NCBI GenBank assembly: GCA_023380755.1
Contig: JAMCSD010000002.1
Coordinates: 22,022-86,021, forward strand
DNA from: Patescibacteria group bacterium
GTDB lineage: Bacteria > Patescibacteriota > Microgenomatia > UBA12405
Direction of reading: 5' to 3'
DNA length: 64,000 bases
Position 1 is the stretch's first letter, and each line of letters begins with the position of its first letter. Both the position numbers and the translations under genes were made by a program. Below the pieces are notes generated by a model that ran no database searches, had not been told where the DNA came from, and worked only from the letters and a program-made list of their open reading frames with translations. This document shows positions 25,368-32,730 of the stretch, piece after piece.

Positions 25368-25967
25368 TTAGTTATTTTTAGTATATTTAACCCAATCACC
25401 GTTATCAAAGACTTCAAATCCTGGCATGTTTCGTTTGTAGAATCCGGTGTCGGGGGAAAATTGGCCCAAGTAACAATAATCTAATCCCTGGTGGTAACTG
25501 TCGACGATAACTTGAAGAACCATGCGAATAGGAAGATTGAGCCGCTGATACGAGGGATCATAAAACACATAGGCAATATGGGACATGGCCGGTGTGACCA
25601 GACAAATGGCATAGCCGATGATTAAATCATTTTGCTGCCAAATGTAAAGTTCATTGAAGATGTGGTTGTTAAAAACTGTTTTAACTGAAGAAGTAGGAAA
25701 ATCCCATTTTAAAAGTGACAGCCAATGGTGAATTGTTTTTAAATTCTCGGCCGTTAAAGTAAAAGAATTGAGGGGTGTTCGTTCGTAATGGAATTGGTCG
25801 GTTTTTTTAAGAATGCGCCGATTTTCCGAAGAGAGAGAGTATTCATGTAAGTTAGAGCGACAGCTAGTAGACTGGTAAAAAAGTCCCTTTTGGTTCCGTT
25901 GGGGCAGAAGGCCTTGTTGGTAGATGTGGGGCAAAGAATCAGTAGGGGTGAGATTAAATGCCGGCAT
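25368..25967 (-). CDS. ATE/Bpt-family aminoacyl-tRNA-protein transferase homolog (ATE_C-like core only)
   Basis: SSENRRILKK, MSHIAYVFYDPSYQRLNLP, and GLDYCYLGQFSPDTGFYKRNMPGFEVF resemble the ATE_C consensus (S.vY.FYDP ... YLGY ... YK..F.P.E). There is no Cys-rich N-terminal domain. Confidence 0.5.
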   Translation of the reverse strand: MPAFNLTPTDSLPHIYQQGLLPQRNQKGLFYQSTSCRSNLHEYSLSSENRRILKKTDQFHYERTPLNSFTLTAENLKTIHHWLSLLKWDFPTSSVKTVFNNHIFNELYIWQQNDLIIGYAICLVTPAMSHIAYVFYDPSYQRLNLPIRMVLQVIVDSYHQGLDYCYLGQFSPDTGFYKRNMPGFEVFDNGDWVKYTKNN

Positions 25968-25970
25968 AGA

Positions 25971-27218
25971 CTAAGTATTTTTAACTTCCCGTAACTTAAA
26001 GGCAGTCATAAAAGCGGCTCGTTCTGACCAGGGATATTCGGTGGTGCCGTGAAGGATGGTGGTTTCGTGACCTTTGCCGCAGGCCACGACAGTATCACCA
26101 GATTTAGCTAAAGATATGGCTAAATTAAAAGCATCCTGACGGTGAGGAATATTGTAATATGTGAATTTTTGTGAGCTGAGCTGCGATTCGTCGAACCCAC
26201 TAATTATTTGTTCGTTGATGTCGGCAATTTGTTCATTACGGGTATCATCGGCGGTGACAATACCGATATCCGCCAGCCGGGAGACAACTTTGCCCATCAG
26301 CGGACGTTTGGATTGATCACGACCGCCGGTAGCGCCAAAAATGGCGATTAAACGACCACGGCAATTTTTTTTGAGCGAGGAAAGGGTTGTCTCGAGAGCG
26401 GCTGGAGTGTGGGCAAAGTCGATAATGGTGGTAATGCCTAGGTCGTTGGCGACCAACTCGCGGCGGCCTTTCATTTCCGGAAAACTAATTATAGTTTTGG
26501 CAAAGACGGCGGGATCAATTGAAAGCTGTTGACAGATGGCAAAGGCGAGGAGGATGTTATTGACTTGGTAATCGTAATTACTATCGGTAGATAGATGGAC
26601 TTTGTTAACATCAAAACTTAATTGGTCGGCTGTGATTTTAATATTTTTGGCTGTGTAATCGGACTTTTGTTTTTGGCTGTAGGTAACGATTTTGGCCGGT
26701 GTATTGGTTATCAGGGTGTTAAAGGATTCATCATCACGGTTGAGGACGGCGATATCACAAAGTTTAAAGAGCTGAGATTTGACTTTAATATAAGTATTCA
26801 TATTATGGAAGTAATCCAGATGCTCATGGGTAATATTGGTAATTCCGGCGATTTTAAAACGACAGCCAGAAAAACGGAACTGATCAAGGGCGTGGGCAGT
26901 AACTTCCACGACCACATGGGTAACATTTTCGTCAAGCATCTCTTTGAAGATTTTTTGGACTAAGGAGGGATCGGGCGAGGTCATGTGGGGGGGAATAGGT
27001 AAAAGACGGTCCTGGATTTTGGCGCCAATAGTTGACAAAACACCGACCTTTAAGCCGGAGCGGCGCAGAACTTCATAAATTAGGTTGCAGGTAGTAGTTT
27101 TGCCGTCAGTACCGGTGACGGCAATTAAAGTGAGATGTCGGCAGGGAAAGGCGTTAAGAGCGGCAAATAAATAGCTTTTTGGCAGGTGCCAAAGGTAATT
27201 TTTGACTTGCTGGAACAT
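25971..27218 (-). CDS. murE: MurE-like UDP-MurNAc-L-Ala-D-Glu:diamino acid ligase lacking the N-terminal UDP-binding domain
   Basis: P-loop VTGTDGKTTT sits at residue about 35 (about 115 in E. coli). Other motifs are EVTAHALDQFR, TNITHEHLDYF, DFAHTPAALE, ADDTRNE (DNPR position) and ACGKGHE. Confidence 0.8.
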   Translation of the reverse strand: MFQQVKNYLWHLPKSYLFAALNAFPCRHLTLIAVTGTDGKTTTCNLIYEVLRRSGLKVGVLSTIGAKIQDRLLPIPPHMTSPDPSLVQKIFKEMLDENVTHVVVEVTAHALDQFRFSGCRFKIAGITNITHEHLDYFHNMNTYIKVKSQLFKLCDIAVLNRDDESFNTLITNTPAKIVTYSQKQKSDYTAKNIKITADQLSFDVNKVHLSTDSNYDYQVNNILLAFAICQQLSIDPAVFAKTIISFPEMKGRRELVANDLGITTIIDFAHTPAALETTLSSLKKNCRGRLIAIFGATGGRDQSKRPLMGKVVSRLADIGIVTADDTRNEQIADINEQIISGFDESQLSSQKFTYYNIPHRQDAFNLAISLAKSGDTVVACGKGHETTILHGTTEYPWSERAAFMTAFKLREVKNT

Positions 27219-27239
27219 GTGACTGCCTAATTATAGCCG

Positions 27240-28850
27240 TTAAAGCGGCGAATTGGAAATTTGCGAAGCCAAATCAAACCAGATGGGGGCAGCGGTGCTG
27301 GAACCCCAAGGGGAAGTTCGGGGATTGTCGATGGTGACGATCATGGTAAATTTGGGATGATTGCAGGGAGAAAAGCCGATATATGAGGCAATAGAATTGT
27401 CGGAACTATAGGAACCATTAATCGCAATTTGAGCCGTTCCCGATTTGGCACAAACCTCCAGGTTTTTAGGCTTAAATTTACCAACAACACCATTCTCCAC
27501 GGCGTATTTTAAGATAGATTTCATCAGGGTAATGGTGGCTGGTGAGTAAATTTGGGTGGATGGTAAATTGCGGGAGTTAACCGTATCCCGATCGTCATCT
27601 AAGAATTCCACCATCTTAGGATAAACCTTGGCGCCATTGTTGGCGATAGTATTGAAAGCAGTGAGCATTTGTAACTGGGTGATGGCGATGCCTTGGCCAA
27701 AGGATGCTGTGTCGAGATCAATTTGACTCCAGCTCTTTTTGAGTACCGGTTTGGCTTCACCCTGAAGATCAATGCCGGTCTTTTGATTTAATCCCATTTT
27801 TTGGTAGAACTGAAGGAAACGATTCAAGCCGATAGTTTCGATAATATAGCTCATACCAATATTATCGGAATTTTTGATGATATCTTGCAGGGTGGAATCC
27901 GGGTGAGTCGCATTATCCCAATTGGTGATGGTGTTAGAGCCGACGACTTTGGGCTTATTACAACCGGTACAAATAAAGTCGGGGGTGATCGATTTAAGGT
28001 CTAAAGCTTCGGCCATGACAATAGGTTTAAAAATCGAACCGGGTTCAAATAATTTGGAAATAATAGGATTGGCAAAAGCAGAGGGAGTCGCCGAAGAGGT
28101 GGCGGTAAAACTGGCCATAGCTAAAATTCCACCGGTGGCCGGATCCATGATAGTAATGGAACCGGAGTCAGCTTGATATTTTTCAATCCCCTCTTTAATT
28201 GTTTTTTCGGTAAGGTTTTGCAATTGTCGATTCAGATAGAGATGAAGGTTTTTTCCGGGGAAACCTTGGGTCTGCCAATTGGTATCGAGCAATAGAGCAT
28301 TGCCTAAGGCATCTTTAGAAAGTCTAAAAAAACCGGGTTTACCGGCTAATAATTTTTGATAGTAACTTTCCAGACCGGTGACCAGTGGTTTGGCAAGATT
28401 ATTTTCTGGATAATAACGGTTGGTGAAGGAGGAAAAAGACAATCCGGGTAAGGTTAATCCGGCTTGTTCTTCAAAAGTAAAACTTTGGGGAAAGGTGTAC
28501 CACTTAAGAGTATCATCCGACTTAAACTTATCAATTGCTTTTTGATTTTCACTGATAAAATCGGGTTTACTCAAAGTAATTTTTTGCAGAATAGTTTCCA
28601 GTGGGTTTTGAAAGTTGGGTTTGTAGAGGGATAAGCGATAGAGGGTTTGATTCTGAGCAATAGGAAAGTTGTCTTGGGTAAAAATAAGGCCGCGACTGGG
28701 TTCACTAATTTCTATTTTGTAACTTTGGAGCATGGAATTGCGCCGTAACTCCCCTGATTTGATTACTTGCCAGAAAAAAAAGCGGCCAATGATGACCAGA
28801 AAACAGCCAATAATCGCCATGGTGAGAGTCTTGAGGCGGTTTTTATTCAT
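27240..28850 (-). CDS. ftsI: Class B penicillin-binding protein / peptidoglycan D,D-transpeptidase FtsI
   Basis: N-terminal TM anchor. Transpeptidase motifs SxxK (GSIFKP), SxN (NSDNIG) and KSG (AKSGTAQ). Confidence 0.9.
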   Translation of the reverse strand: MNKNRLKTLTMAIIGCFLVIIGRFFFWQVIKSGELRRNSMLQSYKIEISEPSRGLIFTQDNFPIAQNQTLYRLSLYKPNFQNPLETILQKITLSKPDFISENQKAIDKFKSDDTLKWYTFPQSFTFEEQAGLTLPGLSFSSFTNRYYPENNLAKPLVTGLESYYQKLLAGKPGFFRLSKDALGNALLLDTNWQTQGFPGKNLHLYLNRQLQNLTEKTIKEGIEKYQADSGSITIMDPATGGILAMASFTATSSATPSAFANPIISKLFEPGSIFKPIVMAEALDLKSITPDFICTGCNKPKVVGSNTITNWDNATHPDSTLQDIIKNSDNIGMSYIIETIGLNRFLQFYQKMGLNQKTGIDLQGEAKPVLKKSWSQIDLDTASFGQGIAITQLQMLTAFNTIANNGAKVYPKMVEFLDDDRDTVNSRNLPSTQIYSPATITLMKSILKYAVENGVVGKFKPKNLEVCAKSGTAQIAINGSYSSDNSIASYIGFSPCNHPKFTMIVTIDNPRTSPWGSSTAAPIWFDLASQISNSPL

Positions 28851-29109
28851 TAGGATTGAGGTAGTTGGTAATGGGAGTCAGTTCCCCGGAAGGTGAACTA
28901 TTTTGAAAATGGTTAATAGAGGTTAGGTCGCTAAACTGGTTTTGCAGTTTTTCCACGTCCCTTTTGAGATTATTTTCGGTATGACGTTGAGTATTGAAAC
29001 GATTATTCAAGGAAAGGATCAGATTGGAATAAATGAGGGAGATGATTACTTGGGTAATGATTACCAAAATGGCAATAATAAAAATCAAGCGAAGGGTGGG
29101 GCTCCTCAT
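28843..29109 (-). CDS. FtsL/septum-formation-initiator-like bitopic protein
   Basis: TM helix (LIFIIAILVIITQVIISLIY) followed by a coiled-coil-like segment (NNLKRDVEKLQNQFSDL). Sits in the position between rsmH and ftsI. Confidence 0.45.
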   Translation of the reverse strand: MRSPTLRLIFIIAILVIITQVIISLIYSNLILSLNNRFNTQRHTENNLKRDVEKLQNQFSDLTSINHFQNSSPSGELTPITNYLNPNE

Positions 29110-29112
29110 AAC

Positions 29113-29982
29113 TTATTTTATCTTGAAAAGGCGTAGCTTAGCGGATCGAGATAGAGGGTTCTCTTTGATTTCTTGAGGGGAAGGGGTAATGGGCTTGGGA
29201 GTACAAAGAATTTGGGAAGAGTGTTGTCTGGTGAATTGTTTAACCAGACGGTCTTCGCCGGAATGGAAGGTAATAATGGCGACTTGGCTTTGCGGAAAAT
29301 TTAACAAGGCCTCCAAGGCTTTATTGAGGTTAAGGTATTCCTCGTTAACCACGATGCGGAGAGCCATTAAGATTTTGGTGGCTGGGTGAATGTCGGTTCG
29401 AACACCGCGATGGTGGTAAAAGTCTTTGATGATTTGGGCTAGGTCGGCAGCAGTAGTGATGGGCTGATGGTGCCGTTCTTTGACAATAAGGTCGGCTAAT
29501 TCTTGACTGAAAGGCTCTTGGGCTATTTTAGAGAAAATAATAAAAAGTTCAGTAGCACTGGAATGGTTAATGATGTCTTTAGCAGACAGTTTAGCAGTGT
29601 TATCTAGCCGCATGTCCAAAGATTGAGTATCGGAAAAAGAAAAACCACGGCCGGCTCCCTGGAGTTGATTTTGGCTCAAGCCTAAGTCGAAAAGGATCCC
29701 TTTAAAATGGACTTGGGGGTACATTTCAATTATTTTGTGAATATCGGCAAAGTTTAACTTGAGGGGGATAAAGTTGCTCAACAGTCCAGCTTCCAGGAGA
29801 CGGTGGGTGGCCAACTCTAGGTTGGACTGATCGCGGTCGAGACCATAGACTGTGGCACCTTTCTGTAATAAAGCCAGAGTGTGACCACCGTTGCCAAGAG
29901 TCGCGTCGATAAAGCAATCCCCAGGTTGCGGGTCAAAATAGTGAATAACCGGTTGTAACAGGACCGGGTAATGATAGGCCAT
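29113..29982 (-). CDS. rsmH: 16S rRNA (cytosine1402-N4)-methyltransferase RsmH/MraW
   Basis: HYPVLLQPVI, SAM-binding DATLGNGGHT, DLGLSQNQL, and ITFHSGEDRLVKQF. Confidence 0.95.
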   Translation of the reverse strand: MAYHYPVLLQPVIHYFDPQPGDCFIDATLGNGGHTLALLQKGATVYGLDRDQSNLELATHRLLEAGLLSNFIPLKLNFADIHKIIEMYPQVHFKGILFDLGLSQNQLQGAGRGFSFSDTQSLDMRLDNTAKLSAKDIINHSSATELFIIFSKIAQEPFSQELADLIVKERHHQPITTAADLAQIIKDFYHHRGVRTDIHPATKILMALRIVVNEEYLNLNKALEALLNFPQSQVAIITFHSGEDRLVKQFTRQHSSQILCTPKPITPSPQEIKENPLSRSAKLRLFKIK

Positions 29983-30683
29983 TACTGGGTAGTGTAATCT
30001 CCGGAAATGATACTTTTATCAGCCTTGGTGAGGGTGGCCGGGCTGATATCGGTGACAATCCCCTTCCCGGAACCACTACTAAAGATGGAATAATTGTTTT
30101 TGGGGTTTTTAACTAAGACAAAGAAATCATTCCCTTGCGGTTTGGCTTTGATGGTGACATTATCACTTTTTAAGTTGATATTACCCTGCTTTTTAAGATC
30201 GGCAGCGGAGAGAATGGCAAAGGGAAGCTCAAAAGTGGCTGAAGCATTGTCAGTGGTGACAAAGGTGAGGGTCAGAGTGCCACCGGTGACCCCATCATCA
30301 TATTTATATTTACAGCCATTGGTGCAGGAAGAGGTCCCTAGGAGCAATTTTCTATCCAGATTTTTGTCTCCAGAGAGTTTAATAGTATCGCCTAAGCCCT
30401 TTTCGATATCGAGACCATTGTCGGAAGCAGTATAAAGTAGCTCGTATTCGAGCTGGGCCGCTTTTGAGGTGATATTGCCAATGGTCATTGACAGTTCATG
30501 GCCATCTTCACGGGGAGTGAGGGTGAGTGTGGGCAACTCGTCCTGACTGAGCTTGAGTTCGGAAGCGGCTGGGGTGGGGACCGCCTTTTTGTTGGAAGTA
30601 GTTTTGGCTGGACCACAAGCGGCTAATAGTAATGAGGCCAGGACTAAACCGGTTAAAGGGGCAAGTTTTATTTTCATGAGCAT
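29982..30683 (-). CDS. Lipoprotein, function unknown
   Basis: Signal peptide with a lipobox (LLLAAC-GP). The mature part is beta-rich. It takes the place where mraZ usually precedes rsmH. Confidence 0.6.
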   Translation of the reverse strand: MLMKIKLAPLTGLVLASLLLAACGPAKTTSNKKAVPTPAASELKLSQDELPTLTLTPREDGHELSMTIGNITSKAAQLEYELLYTASDNGLDIEKGLGDTIKLSGDKNLDRKLLLGTSSCTNGCKYKYDDGVTGGTLTLTFVTTDNASATFELPFAILSAADLKKQGNINLKSDNVTIKAKPQGNDFFVLVKNPKNNYSIFSSGSGKGIVTDISPATLTKADKSIISGDYTTQ

Positions 30684-30686
30684 ATT

Positions 30687-32012
30687 CTAGAGGTTTTCCA
30701 GTTTCTTTTCCAGCCAAGATAAAACCTCGGAAGATTTTAACCGAATTTGTTCCATGGTATCGCGGTCACGAATGGTGACGGTATCGTCCTCCATGGTCTG
30801 GTAATCGACAGTCAAACACCAGGGAGTGCCGATTTCATCCTGACGGCGGTATTTTTTACCAATGTTGCTGGAGTCATCCCAATCAATGGAATATTTTCGG
30901 CTAAGAGACTGATAGATTGATTCAGCTTTTTGAACCAGCTCCGGCTTATTAGCGGCCAAGGGGAAAATAGCCATTTTGTAAGCGCTTATTATGGGGCTGA
31001 TTTGCAGCCAGGTACGGATTTCACCATTTTCGAGCTTATCTTCATGATAGGCATCAAGGAGCATAAAGAAGAAACTGCGGTCGACACCTCCTGAGGTTTC
31101 GGTTATCCAGGGAAGGTATTTCTCGTGACTAACGGGATCATTGTAACTGAGATCTTTACCGCTAAACTTACTGTGCTGAGTGAGATCATAGTCCCCGCGC
31201 CAGTGGATACCTTCCATTTCGGCCCACCCCCAGGGAGCTCGATATTCAATATCAAAAGCCTTTTTGGCGTAAAATGCCAATTCATCTGGAGCATGTTGGC
31301 GGAAGCGAAGTTGATCTTTATGATTAAAAATCTTTTGGTACCAATTCATCCGGTTGTCTTTCCAGTATTCGTACCACTTGTCCATTTCGGCAGGGTGGAC
31401 GAAGTATTGGATGTCCCACTGTTCAAATTCGCGAGCACGGTAGAGGAAATTTTTTGGGGTAATTTCGTTACGGAAAGCCTTGCCGATTTGGGCGATACCA
31501 AAGGGGATTTTGACTCGAGTAGAATCGACCACGTTGATAAAATCCAGGTAAATTGTTTGACAGGCCTCACCTTTTAAATAAGCGGTCATTTTTTCGCCTT
31601 CAATAACACCGACCTCGGTCTGGAAAAGTATGTTAAATTTACGAGGAGCGGTAAATGGACCGCCGCAATCGGGGCACTTGCTGGGATCGTCTAAAAGGTC
31701 GGGACGAAAACGATGGTGGCAATTCTTACATTCGACTAACAGGTCGCCGAAGTTTTGCACATGACCTGAAGCTTCCCAGACCTTCGGATGAGTAATGATC
31801 GAGCCGTCAATCCCGACCACATCCCGGCGCCGGATAACATTATCCCGCCACCAAAGGTTTTTCCAATTGAGTTTCATTTGGGAGCCGACCGGTCCATAGT
31901 CATAAAACCCTTGAATACCGCCGTAAATTTCACTATCTTGAAAGATTATTCCCCGCCGCTTACATAAGCTGACGATTTTGCTGACAATATCGTTTTCTTT
32001 TTCGTTTACCAT
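30687..32012 (-). CDS. glyQS: Glycyl-tRNA synthetase, homodimeric class II type
   Basis: The N-terminus IVSLCKRRGIIFQDSEIYGGIQGFYDYGPVG is canonical, with class II motifs downstream. Start set at MVNEK. The 28 upstream codons of the tracked ORF cover the leader RNA. Confidence 0.95.
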   Translation of the reverse strand: MVNEKENDIVSKIVSLCKRRGIIFQDSEIYGGIQGFYDYGPVGSQMKLNWKNLWWRDNVIRRRDVVGIDGSIITHPKVWEASGHVQNFGDLLVECKNCHHRFRPDLLDDPSKCPDCGGPFTAPRKFNILFQTEVGVIEGEKMTAYLKGEACQTIYLDFINVVDSTRVKIPFGIAQIGKAFRNEITPKNFLYRAREFEQWDIQYFVHPAEMDKWYEYWKDNRMNWYQKIFNHKDQLRFRQHAPDELAFYAKKAFDIEYRAPWGWAEMEGIHWRGDYDLTQHSKFSGKDLSYNDPVSHEKYLPWITETSGGVDRSFFFMLLDAYHEDKLENGEIRTWLQISPIISAYKMAIFPLAANKPELVQKAESIYQSLSRKYSIDWDDSSNIGKKYRRQDEIGTPWCLTVDYQTMEDDTVTIRDRDTMEQIRLKSSEVLSWLEKKLENL

Positions 32013-32150
32013 ATGGCCCCTAAAAATTGTAACATCTCTAGGGACTCCGCAGCTGCGGGGTGGTTCCACCCTGATTAGTAAGTTATGCTGATCCAATTAA
32101 CTTACCCACTTGATTATTAACCTCCAGGGAGCCAATCCCCTATCGACGGT
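32013..32150 (-). promoter_or_regulatory. Glycine T-box-like leader (short Stem I with GGC, Stem III, antiterminator with UGGAACC bulge, SD-sequestering helix)
   Basis: Minus strand contains AAUCAGGGUGGAACC, matching the T-box core AAnnnGGGUGGnACC. Helix A1 is AGGG/CCCU. The 7-nt bulge is UGGAACC. Helix A2 is ACCCCGC/GCGGAGU around an AGCU loop. Stem III is GUAAGUUA/UAACUUAC. A hairpin loop UUGGC exposes a Gly codon. GUCCCUA can pair with UAGGGGC, which contains the SD. Confidence 0.6.
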
Positions 32151-32158
32151 TATGGAAA

Positions 32159-32167
32159 ATTATAGCA
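32159..32167 (-). promoter_or_regulatory. Extended -10 promoter element TGCTATAAT for the glyQS leader
   Basis: The same 9-mer occurs at the rplU promoter. It lies 2 nt after the recO stop and about 9 nt before the first leader helix. Confidence 0.45.
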
Positions 32168-32169
32168 CG

Positions 32170-32730
32170 TTAGCGAAAGAGCTTATTACTCTCTAGTTTC
32201 TTTTCGATGATCGATTCCAAAAAGCTTTTAAGGTAACGTTGGCAGGATTTGTAATCGCCTTTCTTATAAAACTGAAGGATATCAGCAGGAATACCGAAGC
32301 CGAGAATTTTGGTAAGCTCGATTTCGTTACCAATATATTTTTTGACATTATTGTCGTTAATGGCTTGGACAATGTTGACAGCGATATCATATAAGCCTTC
32401 GGTGTGCTGGTTTTCGGCTACCAATTGGTTGATAAACTCCAAAAAGTAAAAGAGAAGGTTATGTTGAGTGAGACTTTTTTGGTGGTGGAGAAAAGAACTA
32501 ATGGTTTGAGCTTCAGAAAGCCAGGTTTGCCCGTTTTTTTCATAAAGATGAACCTTGATGATATTGCCTAACTGCAGGCTGCCTAAGCGGCTACTTTTAA
32601 TGTTTTTAGCGCCAACGGCTTTAGTAATGATCTTACCCAAGCCGGGAGTAAGGAGAGTGACCAGAAGATCGTTTTCTTTAAGGGTTTTTTTGTTGATTAC
32701 TAGAGCAGCGGTAGAGGTATAGGATGGCAT
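32170..32730 (-). CDS. recO: DNA repair protein RecO (short form)
   Basis: N-terminal OB-fold pattern (ALVINKKTLKENDLLVTLLTPGLGKIITKAVGAKNIKSSRLGSLQLGN). At 186 aa it lacks the zinc-finger region of longer RecO proteins. Confidence 0.75.
   Translation of the reverse strand: MPSYTSTAALVINKKTLKENDLLVTLLTPGLGKIITKAVGAKNIKSSRLGSLQLGNIIKVHLYEKNGQTWLSEAQTISSFLHHQKSLTQHNLLFYFLEFINQLVAENQHTEGLYDIAVNIVQAINDNNVKKYIGNEIELTKILGFGIPADILQFYKKGDYKSCQRYLKSFLESIIEKKLESNKLFR

Noticed and set aside
32056-32069. GGGTGGAACCACCC read as a plain palindromic hairpin or recO terminator
   Set aside because: The 2-nt loop is sterically poor and no U-tract follows it. The surrounding sequence fits the full T-box antiterminator, Stem III and sequestrator architecture better. 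It is kept as the explicit alternative in the T-box finding.
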